Of a stretch of 64,000 nt of DNA, positions 47,811-56,616 are shown piece by piece (position 1 is the first letter of the stretch; the number at the start of each line of letters is the position of its first letter). The translations under genes were made by a program, and so were the position numbers. Source of the stretch: Chloroflexota bacterium (GTDB taxonomy: Bacteria; Chloroflexota; Dehalococcoidia; Lucifugimonadales; UBA826); assembly GCA_002722155.1 (NCBI GenBank), contig PBKS01000019.1, forward strand, positions 60,687-124,686, read 5' to 3'. The notes beneath the pieces were generated by a model. The model saw only the letters and a list, made by a program, of their open reading frames with translations. It was not told where the DNA came from and did not search any database.

Positions 47811-49346
47811 GTGAATATTAAAATGAAAACATATATGGCACTAACCTTTTTGGGCCTTTCTACACTTTTGTTTGTTCCGGAGGTTGGTGCCCACGGCTTT
47901 GGAGAAAGATATGATTTACCCATTCCTTTAAGCTATTTTCTCCTAGGCTCAGCTCTTGCAGTGGCCTTATCTTTTGCCGTTATTGGTTGGTTTATACGCT
48001 CGAGTGCCAATAACTCTGAGTATCCAAGGTTTAATATTTTTCGATTCTTTGTGATCGAATTGGTTTGCAAAATCACTTCCAAAATATTCGGGTTGATTTC
48101 GGTTTTGATCCTCTTTTTATCGATTCACACCGGTCTTATCGGTACTTCAAATGCGATAGAAAATTTTGCGCCAGTTTTTGTCTGGATCATATGGTGGGTT
48201 GGGGTTGGGTATGTTGTGTGTCTGGTGGGGAATATATGGTTAATTATGAACCCTTGGTTAGTTATATTTAACTACTTGGAACAATTATTTGGTAAACGGA
48301 CAGGGTTTGTAGATTGGCCCAAAAAGCTAGATGCGTGGCCAGCTCTTGGATTTTTCCTTCTATTCGCTTGGATTGAAAATGTACATCCTGCCAGTTCCGA
48401 GCCGTTCAGTTTGGGGATTTTATTAATAATTTATTCTCTTTTGACATGGGGAGGGATGATTTTATTTGGGAAACATGTGTGGTTAACACACGGAGATCCT
48501 TTTTTTGTTTTATTTAATTTGTTTGCTCGCTTTTCTGCTACGGAATTAAGGGTGCATGGCAACAAAAATTGGTGTGCCTCCTGCTCTTCTGGATGTCAGG
48601 AAAACCTTCAGCTAACTGACTGTGTTGATTGTTATGAATGTTGGGAAAATGCACCTTCACAAAATAGGGAATTTTCATTAAGGCCCTGGTCAGCCGGCCT
48701 GTCTCGAGGAGATCGAGTTACCCCTGCAATAATGTTCTTCCATGTGACTGCCCTGGCTACGGTTTCCTTTGATGGGTTTTCTGAAACCCCTGCATGGGTT
48801 GAGATCCAAACTATTTTGTGGCCGCTAATTGACCCACTTCCGGGTTCTGCAGCTGCCATGGTGAAAACATTGGGAATAATTCTGGTGCCTATAATTTTTG
48901 CAGGGGTATATTTGTACGTATGTGGTTTTATATCTCGAATGTCCCATGGGCAAATGACGCCCACAGATATTAGGATGAGTTTTGTATTTTCTTTAGTCCC
49001 AATAGCCCTAGCCTATAACCTTTCCCACTATCTATCCTTTCTATTAATTACTGGACAGGAAATAATTCCTCTTGTGTCAGATCCTTATGGCTTTGGATGG
49101 AATTTGTTTGGTACGACAGACTTTAAGGTAAATATAGCCATTATTGATGCTAGGGTTGCTTGGATATTTTCAGTGATTGCTTTGGTGACAGGTCACATAA
49201 TATCTGTATTTACTGCCCACGTAATAGCTTTGAGGAAAACTAAAACGCATGCAATTGCTGTCAGAAGCCAATACCCGATGCTGTTTTTAATGGTGTTTTA
49301 TACTGCCGTGAGCTTGTGGATAATTGCTCAACCAATTGTGGAATAG
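47811..49346 (+). CDS. Hypothetical polytopic membrane protein (about 11-12 TMS) with predicted mature N-terminal His and a six-Cys loop
   Basis: 511 aa. Signal-like N-terminus with a V-G-A|H-G-F-G cleavage context (His codon 47892..47894). Loop WCASCSSGCQENLQLTDCVDCYECW (48573..48641). Start alternatives are 47823 and 47835. Confidence 0.7.
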   Translation: MNIKMKTYMALTFLGLSTLLFVPEVGAHGFGERYDLPIPLSYFLLGSALAVALSFAVIGWFIRSSANNSEYPRFNIFRFFVIELVCKITSKIFGLISVLILFLSIHTGLIGTSNAIENFAPVFVWIIWWVGVGYVVCLVGNIWLIMNPWLVIFNYLEQLFGKRTGFVDWPKKLDAWPALGFFLLFAWIENVHPASSEPFSLGILLIIYSLLTWGGMILFGKHVWLTHGDPFFVLFNLFARFSATELRVHGNKNWCASCSSGCQENLQLTDCVDCYECWENAPSQNREFSLRPWSAGLSRGDRVTPAIMFFHVTALATVSFDGFSETPAWVEIQTILWPLIDPLPGSAAAMVKTLGIILVPIIFAGVYLYVCGFISRMSHGQMTPTDIRMSFVFSLVPIALAYNLSHYLSFLLITGQEIIPLVSDPYGFGWNLFGTTDFKVNIAIIDARVAWIFSVIALVTGHIISVFTAHVIALRKTKTHAIAVRSQYPMLFLMVFYTAVSLWIIAQPIVE

Positions 49347-49410
49347 CTTTGATCTTGCTAAATTATGACGATTGCAAAATTTATATCAGCCACTAAAAAG
49401 TGAGAACAGT

Positions 49411-49635
49411 ATGTCTAGTGAACCGGAAAGTGTTAAATCTTTTACCTGCCCCAAATGCTCAAACACCTCATTCGAGACGGGAGAGATTCGAACAACTGGA
49501 TCGGGACTTTCGAGATTTCTAGATCTTCAGAATCAAAAATTTGCCCACATAACATGTGACAGCTGTGGATACACTGAGTTTTTTAAAAGGCGTGGGGGTC
49601 GGGCAGGAAACATACTTGATCTGTTTACCGGGTAG
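49411..49635 (+). CDS. Small zinc-ribbon protein
   Basis: CPKC...(33 aa)...CDSC pair of CxxC knuckles. About 74 aa from the ATG at 49411. Confidence 0.6.
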   Translation: MSSEPESVKSFTCPKCSNTSFETGEIRTTGSGLSRFLDLQNQKFAHITCDSCGYTEFFKRRGGRAGNILDLFTG

Positions 49636-49847
49636 GATTTCCTATCACTATAAGCGTCATGGGATCGATAATGTAACCTAGGAAGGTCACAATATTAGGT
49701 GCCAATATGGTATTGGCTGTCTCGTAATGCATTTCTCTTTCACTGATTTGAAGGATAATCTTCGAACCGGTATCTAGTAGCGGAGAGGACTATAAAATTT
49801 AATTCTTGGCTAAATTTTAGAAATGACTCTGTTTGGTGCCGTTCAGT

Positions 49848-49877
49848 TTGACCCTCAATTATACTGGGCAGTATAAT
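49848..49877 (+). promoter_or_regulatory. Candidate sigma-70 promoter of the pur operon
   Basis: TTGACC (49848..49853), 18-nt spacer, TATAAT (49872..49877). Implies a leader of about 148 nt before the purF ATG. Confidence 0.45.
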
Positions 49878-50031
49878 CGGGAGGCAGTAGTAGTTTGGAT
49901 TGAGATGAGCTTTGGTTAGACACCGTAATTCCTGTGGAGTAAAGGCGATCAAACAGGACGGCCGGTCCAGCTTCCATACCGAGGTTAACCCCTTAAATTC
50001 GAAGGAATTCCCTTCGGTGGGTGACGACACC

Positions 50032-51417
50032 ATGAAAGAAGCGTGTGGAGTAGTGGGTGTGTATGCGAGGGAGGAGGATGTGGCTCGATCGGTATTTTTT
50101 GGTTTGTATGCCTTGCAGCATAGAGGCCAAGAGAGCGCAGGGATAGCTGCCAGTGATGGGCGTAGAACTAGGCTACATACTGAAATGGGTCTGGTCTCAC
50201 AAGCTTTTCAGGAAAACGATCTATCTCATTTGTCTGGCCATATTGGAATTGGACACACAAGATATTCAACCACTGGTTCCAGCAATATCAATAATGCGCA
50301 ACCTATACTTTGCACCGGAAGCAGTGTTGAAATTTCCCTTGCCCACAATGGGAATGTCATTAATGCTGTGGATCTTAGAGAGGAATTACTGGATTGGGGT
50401 ATCCAATTCCAATCTTCAGGAGACTCAGAAATTATAGCCCATTTAATTGCCAATGCACCTGCGGAGAATTGGACCGAACGCATTGCATACACGATGAGAA
50501 GGCTGCAAGGGGCTTACTCTTTGGTTGTTATGACAAACCGAGAACTGTTAGGGGTTAGGGATCCTTTGGGGGTTAGGCCTCTCTGCATCGGTAAATTAAA
50601 TTCAGGCTGGGTCTTAGCATCAGAATCATGTGCACTTGATCATATAGGTGCTGAATTTGTGAGAGAGGTGAAACCCGGAGAGGCGGTCTTGATTGATGAT
50701 AATGGCATTACATCAATTTATCAGAAGCCAAAGGACGGTGTCTTTGGAAGGTGCATATTTGAACAAATTTATTTTTCTAGACCAGATTCATTATTGGATG
50801 GACAATTGGTTTATAGCTCTAGAATGGCCATGGGAGCTCAGTTGGCAAAGGAATATCCAGTCGAGGCAGACTTGGTAATAGGTGTCCCTGATTCCGCGAC
50901 GGCCTCAGCAGTTGGTTATTCACAGGAGTCAGGAATCCCGTTCACAGAAGGATTGGTAAAGAATCGCTATGTTGGAAGAACCTTTATTTTGCCGGATCAA
51001 CGGCTAAGAGAGCTTGGGGTTCGAAGAAAATTGAATCTGCTTCCCCAAATCCTTGAAGGAAAAAAAGTGGTTGTAGTTGATGACAGTATAGTTAGAGGAA
51101 CTACCACTCCCCATGTAGTAAATCTTTTGAGGAAAGGTGGAGCTAAAGAAATCCATCTTCGTATTTGTGCACCCCCGATTGTTTCCCCTTGCCATTTCGG
51201 AGTAGATATGGCTACCAAGTCGGAATTATTGGCAAGTACAAATTCGGTCGATGAAATACGAGACTTAATTGGTGCTGATTCTCTAGGTTTTTTAAGCCAG
51301 GAAGGCCTACTAGAATCAGTTTCTGGTAATCGAAGCGAATACTGTATGGGATGTTTCACTGGTACATATCCGATACCAGTTCAACTTGAAATGGATAAAT
51401 TAGTTTTAGAAACTTAA
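50032..51417 (+). CDS. purF: Amidophosphoribosyltransferase
   Basis: MKEACGVVGVY (Ntn Cys after a short propeptide), PRPP loop VVVVDDSIVRGTT, and C-terminal Cys ligands (CHFG, CMGCFTG) for a 4Fe-4S cluster. The ORF-track start 49912 extends into the leader. Confidence 0.93.
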   Translation: MKEACGVVGVYAREEDVARSVFFGLYALQHRGQESAGIAASDGRRTRLHTEMGLVSQAFQENDLSHLSGHIGIGHTRYSTTGSSNINNAQPILCTGSSVEISLAHNGNVINAVDLREELLDWGIQFQSSGDSEIIAHLIANAPAENWTERIAYTMRRLQGAYSLVVMTNRELLGVRDPLGVRPLCIGKLNSGWVLASESCALDHIGAEFVREVKPGEAVLIDDNGITSIYQKPKDGVFGRCIFEQIYFSRPDSLLDGQLVYSSRMAMGAQLAKEYPVEADLVIGVPDSATASAVGYSQESGIPFTEGLVKNRYVGRTFILPDQRLRELGVRRKLNLLPQILEGKKVVVVDDSIVRGTTTPHVVNLLRKGGAKEIHLRICAPPIVSPCHFGVDMATKSELLASTNSVDEIRDLIGADSLGFLSQEGLLESVSGNRSEYCMGCFTGTYPIPVQLEMDKLVLET

Positions 51418-51433
51418 TAATAGGTGCCGATCA

Positions 51434-52072
51434 TTGAGCGATTTGGGTGCTGAAAGCATCTCACTGGGAATTTTAGCCTCTCATGGCGGAACCAATTTAC
51501 AGGCCATTATTGACGCGTGTGAAAATGGCTTTTTGGATGCTAATGTATCTGTTGTCGTCAGCAATAATTCGAAATCTTATTCTTTACAGCGGGCTAGGAA
51601 CTCAGGTATTCCGGCGTTCCATTTGAGTCCTCGAACGCATCCCAAAGAGAAAGATTTAGATTTAGCCATTGAAGGTGTTTTTAAAAAATATAAAGTGGAT
51701 TTAATAATATTGGCTGGATATATGAAACATATAGGGCCATCAGTGTTAAAAACTTTCCATAATAGAGTGATCAATAGCCATCCAGCTTTACTTCCGAAAT
51801 ATGGGGGAAAGGGCATGTATGGAGATCACGTGCATGAAGCAGTTGTGAAAGATAAATCAAATGAAAGCGGGATCACGATACACTTGGTAGATGAAAATTA
51901 TGACAATGGGGCGATAGTAAGCCAGAAAATTGTTGCTATTGATCATTTAGGGGGAGTCGATTCTGTGAGAGATGAGATTCAGCGTCATGAACATAACTTC
52001 TGGATAGAAACTCTAAATAAGATTCAAAAGGGGGAAATTGATTTGGACAAGGTTGGTGTTCAAACCAGGTAG
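51434..52072 (+). CDS. purN: Phosphoribosylglycinamide formyltransferase
   Basis: ILASHGGTNLQAII, LAGYMKHI and NSHPALLPKYGG motifs. TTG start. Confidence 0.9.
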   Translation: MSDLGAESISLGILASHGGTNLQAIIDACENGFLDANVSVVVSNNSKSYSLQRARNSGIPAFHLSPRTHPKEKDLDLAIEGVFKKYKVDLIILAGYMKHIGPSVLKTFHNRVINSHPALLPKYGGKGMYGDHVHEAVVKDKSNESGITIHLVDENYDNGAIVSQKIVAIDHLGGVDSVRDEIQRHEHNFWIETLNKIQKGEIDLDKVGVQTR

Positions 52073-52097
52073 ATTACCAATTAAGTCAAACTAAGCT

Positions 52098-53132
52098 ATG
52101 GACAACAAAAAAATTACCTATGAATCGGCCGGTGTTAATTTACAATCATCGGAAAAGATCAAAAACAAGATAAAAGATTTAGCCAGGGAGACCTACAATC
52201 CTAAAGTAATTGGTGGTGTTGGTGGATTTGGTGCGATGTATAAAATTTCTGGTTATCGAGAACCTATATTGGTAAGTAGTACCGATCCAGTAGGCACAAA
52301 ATTAATGTTAGCTGGAATGATGGGAAACTATTCCCACATAGGCGAAGATTTAGTCAATGCTTGTATAAACGATCTGATTGTAGTGGGTGCTGAACCGCTG
52401 TTTTTTCTTGATTACATAGCTACATCTGAAATGATTCCAAGTGTGGTGGAAACAATCGTGAGGGGTATTTCCGAAGCATGCAAAAATGTAGGTTGTGCTC
52501 TTATTGGGGGAGAAACTTCAGAGATGCCTGGAGTTTTCAATGGATCTAATTTTGATATATCTGGGTTTGTTGTTGGTGCAGTAGAGGCCGACAAAATGCT
52601 TGATCCAATTAATACTAGCAGGCCAGGTGATCTTCTCATAGGATTACCATCAAATGGTCTCCATACAAATGGATATTCTCTAGTGCGGCATGTTTTCAAT
52701 CTACCGAATAACTTGGACACCCTAGGGAATAGAATAGATAAATCAGATGAAACGCTTGGTGAAGCACTTTTGAAACCGCATCCCTCCTATTACGAAGATT
52801 TGAAACAAGTTTTTCCTTTTTGTAAAGGCATCGCCCATATTACTGGTGGTGGATTGTTCGAAAATATGCCTCGGATTTTATCTAATGATATCCACGCTGA
52901 ATTTGACGCTTCCCTATGGGATATACCTCCCATATTCCAAGTTATTAAGGAAACTGGGAACATTGATTCTGATGAGATGTATAGAGTTTTCAATATGGGT
53001 TTGGGAATGGTTATTATCTCTTCACCAGAAAATACTCCTAAGGTTTTAGAAAATATTCCTCACTCAAACATAGTGGGTAAATTACAGCCTAAAGTTTCTG
53101 ACAACAGAGTAAGTATAAAAAACAAAAAATAA
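52098..53132 (+). CDS. purM: Phosphoribosylformylglycinamidine cyclo-ligase (AIR synthetase)
   Basis: YESAGVN, GGFGAMY, STDPVGTKL, DYIA and GLHTNGYSL motifs. Confidence 0.93.
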   Translation: MDNKKITYESAGVNLQSSEKIKNKIKDLARETYNPKVIGGVGGFGAMYKISGYREPILVSSTDPVGTKLMLAGMMGNYSHIGEDLVNACINDLIVVGAEPLFFLDYIATSEMIPSVVETIVRGISEACKNVGCALIGGETSEMPGVFNGSNFDISGFVVGAVEADKMLDPINTSRPGDLLIGLPSNGLHTNGYSLVRHVFNLPNNLDTLGNRIDKSDETLGEALLKPHPSYYEDLKQVFPFCKGIAHITGGGLFENMPRILSNDIHAEFDASLWDIPPIFQVIKETGNIDSDEMYRVFNMGLGMVIISSPENTPKVLENIPHSNIVGKLQPKVSDNRVSIKNKK

Positions 53133-53154
53133 TTACCAACATTGGAACAACCCT

Positions 53155-54675
53155 ATGAAAGCCTTATTGAGCGTCTATAACAAAGATAATATAGAACATA
53201 TCGGAACTTCTCTTAGTGAGGCAGGGTATGAAATTATAAGTACCGGAGGGACCTATAATTCTTTAAAAAAAGCTGGTATTTCAGTAAGACAAGTTTCGGA
53301 ATTAACAGGGTTTCCTGAAATACTAGATGGTCGTGTTAAAACGTTGCACCCAAAAGTTCATGGAGGAATCCTTGGGCGGCGTGATATTCCTGAACATAAA
53401 AAGGAAATGGAATCTAATGACATATCTGCAATAGATGTGGTGGTAGTTAATTTATATCCGTTTGTCGATACGGTTCAAAAAGATAAGGTTTCTCTAGCTG
53501 AGGTGTTGGAAAATATAGATATTGGTGGCCCTACAATGATCCGGTCTGCTGCGAAAAATTTTTCGCACGTTTTGGTTGTTGTGGATCCTCTAGATTATGA
53601 ATGGATTGCTCAAAAAATTGCCTCTGGAGAAACGGTGAGCGAAGTTGAAAGAAAAAAATTAGCTCAAAAAGCTTTCCAGCATGTCGCAGTTTATGATACT
53701 GCAATATCAACCTGGTTGAATGAGGCTCCCCTAAAGTCGGATGAATTATCTATTGGGCTTGATAAAGTTGATACTCTTCGTTATGGGGAAAACCCCCATC
53801 AGGAGGCAGTAGTTTATAAAAACACTCTGGGTAAGGGTGGAATAGTAGAAGCTGACCAATTACATGGTTTGCCTATGTCCTACACAAATTATCTCGATGC
53901 GGATGCTGCATGGACGACGGTAACTAGTTTTGATCAGAATGCTTGTGTGGTGGTGAAACATACTAACCCTTGTGGTATTGCTTTGAATAATGAACAATCG
54001 GTGGCTTATGAGGCAGCATTGCAAGGTGATTCAATTTCTGCATATGGTGGCATTGTTGGGTTCAATAATATTGTGACCACAAAGACAGCTGAAACAATGC
54101 GAGGGGTCTTGTTTGACATAATTGTAGCGCCAGGCTATGAACCGGAAGCCCTAGAAATTTTAAAAAAACGTAAAAGGACAAGACTTCTTAAGGTAAACTC
54201 TGCATTTGGATCATGGTCGAATTTAAAGGCGTTGACAATATCAGGAGGTATGTTAGTTCAAACAGTAGATGATATTAAAGAGGATCCGAATGATTGGAAA
54301 GTGGTTACTGAGAGGTTACCCACAGCGCAAGAATATGCAGACCTTGAGTTTGCATGGAACTGTTTACGACATATTAAGTCCAATACAATTGTTTTAGCAA
54401 AAGACAACACTTTGGTAGGAATGGGAGCCGGACAACCCAATAGGCTTGTAAGCGTACATTTGGCATTGCGAATTGCAGGTGATAAATCAATTGGCTCTTC
54501 TCTTGCTTCCGACGCCTTCATGCCGTTTGCTGATAATGTGGAGTTAGCAGTGGGAGGAGGGGTCACAGCTATTATTCAGCCTGGTGGATCCATTAGAGAT
54601 AAAGAAGTCATTGAGGCTGCAAATGAGCATTCCATCACGATGATGTTTACAGGTACAAGGCATTTCAACCACTGA
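53155..54675 (+). CDS. purH: Bifunctional AICAR transformylase / IMP cyclohydrolase
   Basis: ALLSVYNK, GRVKTLHPKVHGGIL, VVNLYPF, and the C-terminal QPGGSIRD...TGTRHFNH. Confidence 0.95.
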   Translation: MKALLSVYNKDNIEHIGTSLSEAGYEIISTGGTYNSLKKAGISVRQVSELTGFPEILDGRVKTLHPKVHGGILGRRDIPEHKKEMESNDISAIDVVVVNLYPFVDTVQKDKVSLAEVLENIDIGGPTMIRSAAKNFSHVLVVVDPLDYEWIAQKIASGETVSEVERKKLAQKAFQHVAVYDTAISTWLNEAPLKSDELSIGLDKVDTLRYGENPHQEAVVYKNTLGKGGIVEADQLHGLPMSYTNYLDADAAWTTVTSFDQNACVVVKHTNPCGIALNNEQSVAYEAALQGDSISAYGGIVGFNNIVTTKTAETMRGVLFDIIVAPGYEPEALEILKKRKRTRLLKVNSAFGSWSNLKALTISGGMLVQTVDDIKEDPNDWKVVTERLPTAQEYADLEFAWNCLRHIKSNTIVLAKDNTLVGMGAGQPNRLVSVHLALRIAGDKSIGSSLASDAFMPFADNVELAVGGGVTAIIQPGGSIRDKEVIEAANEHSITMMFTGTRHFNH

Positions 54676-54684
54676 CAATTTATC

Positions 54685-55452
54685 TTGGGGAATATTTTGA
54701 TTGATTCGTCAAATTCTTTGGACATAGTTCTTCCTGTCCTTAATGAAGAAAAAGTATTAGAGAGTAGTGTTGAAACTTTAATATCTTTTTGTAATGAAAA
54801 CATTAGAGCCTATGATTGGCTTATTACAGTGGCCGATAATGGGTCAACAGATAGAACTCTTCGGATTGCTCAGGCGTTATCCGAAAAATATTCGAAAGTT
54901 CGATATATTCGTCTTCAAGAGAGAGGTAGAGGTCGGGCATTAAAGAAGGCCTGGTCGCAAAGTGGATCAAAAATACTAGCTTATATGGACGTGGATCTCT
55001 CCACGGACCTCAGAGCTCTACCTGATTGCTTAAAAGCGGTGAACGAATCAAAAATTCAAATTGCGGTGGGATCTAGGTTAATAGCGGGTTCTAATGTGAT
55101 TGGTAGATCGTTTAATCGGGAATTCATTTCCCGTAGTTACAGTCTACTGTTTAGAATGATGTTCATGGTTTCCTTCAGAGACGCCCAATGTGGATTTAAG
55201 GTTGTGTCTAGAAAAGTAGTTGAAGAGGTTGTTCCATTGGTAAAAAACGACAATTGGTTTTTTGACACTGAACTTTTAATGCTGGCTGAAAAAAACGGGT
55301 ATCCTATTGCGGAAATCCCTATAACATGGGTGGATGATCCGTCATCTAAGGTCAATATAATGAGAACTGCATTTGAAGATATTAAAGGGCTTTTGAGACT
55401 CAGATTTCGAGATGTAGCCAGATCTCGAAAGCTACTGAAATATTGTGAGTAG
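54685..55452 (+). CDS. Family-2 glycosyltransferase (polyprenyl-phosphate glycosyltransferase-like)
   Basis: VLPVLNEE, DNGSTDRT, YMDVDLS (DxD) and QCGFK motifs. The start is ambiguous (TTG 54685 or 54697). Confidence 0.8.
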   Translation: MGNILIDSSNSLDIVLPVLNEEKVLESSVETLISFCNENIRAYDWLITVADNGSTDRTLRIAQALSEKYSKVRYIRLQERGRGRALKKAWSQSGSKILAYMDVDLSTDLRALPDCLKAVNESKIQIAVGSRLIAGSNVIGRSFNREFISRSYSLLFRMMFMVSFRDAQCGFKVVSRKVVEEVVPLVKNDNWFFDTELLMLAEKNGYPIAEIPITWVDDPSSKVNIMRTAFEDIKGLLRLRFRDVARSRKLLKYCE

Positions 55453-55564
55453 TTGGCTTCATTGCCATGCTAGCTTTACGATAGTACAATTAGGAGCCCA
55501 CTAATTCCGTAACTAATGAATACAGGTAAATTATAGGATCTAGACAGAAGAAAACTTTCTTACT

Positions 55565-56614
55565 GTGCCATGGGCCTGCTTAATGACAACTCCTCAATTT
55601 GATATAAGACCGTCCTTAATAAAAGGTGATCCTGCTGATGCATACCTGCATTGGACTAAGGAAGTAATGCGGTTAGAGTCACTTAACCCTAAAGTGTTAA
55701 TGGATTTTTCAGCTTCTAGGGCTGGTGTCCTATGTGGAGTAGAAGAGGCGAAGGCCCTTTTACTAAATGTTCTTCCCAAAGTGGAGCATGACAGTCAGGC
55801 AAACAATGGTAGCGATTTCGTTCAAGTATGGGCAATGGAAGAAGGCGAAAAATTCGAAGCTGGAGAACCTGTATTGCGTGTGATATCAAAATACGCTTCT
55901 TTTGGGCTCTATGAAACCAGCATATTGGGCATGCTTTCTTCGTCAACAGGATGGGCTACAGCCGCTAGTGAATGTGTCGAGTCTGCCGGCGAAACGACTG
56001 TTATAGCTTATGGGGCTAGGCACATACATCCGAATGTGGCGCACATACTTGATTATGCTTCTGTAATTGGAGGATGTTCATCAGTATCTACGATTTTAGG
56101 TTCTAAGCATGCTGGGAGGAATCCGCTGGGTAATATGCCTCATAGTTTGCCGTTGTTATTTGGTGATACTGTCGCCGCGGCTCAGGCTTTCGATAAGCAT
56201 ATTGGTATGGAAACTCAGAGAATAGTAGTGGTCGATACTTTTAAAGATGAGGCTGAAGAATCCTTAAATGTGGCGGAGGTTCTAAGAGATCGACTTAGAG
56301 GAATAAGATTGGATACCCCTGCCGAAAGAGGAGGTGTTACTCCTATGTTGGTAAGGGAAATTCGGAACCGACTTGACCATATGAATTTCAAACACGTGGA
56401 AATATATGTCAGTGGTGGATTCAGTCCTGAGAAAATCAGAGAGTTTAGAGAATATGAAGCGCCGGTAAATGGATACTTAGTTGGTAGCTATATTTCATCT
56501 GCCGTTCCAAATGAGTTTAGAGCTGATATTCTGGAAATAGAAGATAAACCAGTTGCGAAAAGAGGACGTGTGCCTGGCCGTCTTGACGGTAATCGGTTGG
56601 ATAGAATTCTCTGA
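55565..56614 (+). CDS. Nicotinate phosphoribosyltransferase family protein
   Basis: About 343-349 aa. VVDTFKDE and GIRLDTP motifs, with the type-II PRTase barrel layout. The ATG at 55583 is an alternative start. Confidence 0.7.
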   Translation: MPWACLMTTPQFDIRPSLIKGDPADAYLHWTKEVMRLESLNPKVLMDFSASRAGVLCGVEEAKALLLNVLPKVEHDSQANNGSDFVQVWAMEEGEKFEAGEPVLRVISKYASFGLYETSILGMLSSSTGWATAASECVESAGETTVIAYGARHIHPNVAHILDYASVIGGCSSVSTILGSKHAGRNPLGNMPHSLPLLFGDTVAAAQAFDKHIGMETQRIVVVDTFKDEAEESLNVAEVLRDRLRGIRLDTPAERGGVTPMLVREIRNRLDHMNFKHVEIYVSGGFSPEKIREFREYEAPVNGYLVGSYISSAVPNEFRADILEIEDKPVAKRGRVPGRLDGNRLDRIL

Positions 56615-56616
56615 TA

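Noticed and set aside
49880-50031. A known purine, ZTP or PRPP riboswitch in the purF leader
   Set aside because: I could not find the conserved core sequences by eye, for example the ZTP CCGCCUGGGC-type 3' element or the purine-riboswitch junction. It is left as an unclassified leader.
49740-50033. 97-aa minus-strand ORF, and the 49912 start for purF
   Set aside because: Both lie in the purF leader. PurF homology (the Ntn Cys after a short propeptide) starts at the ATG at 50032.
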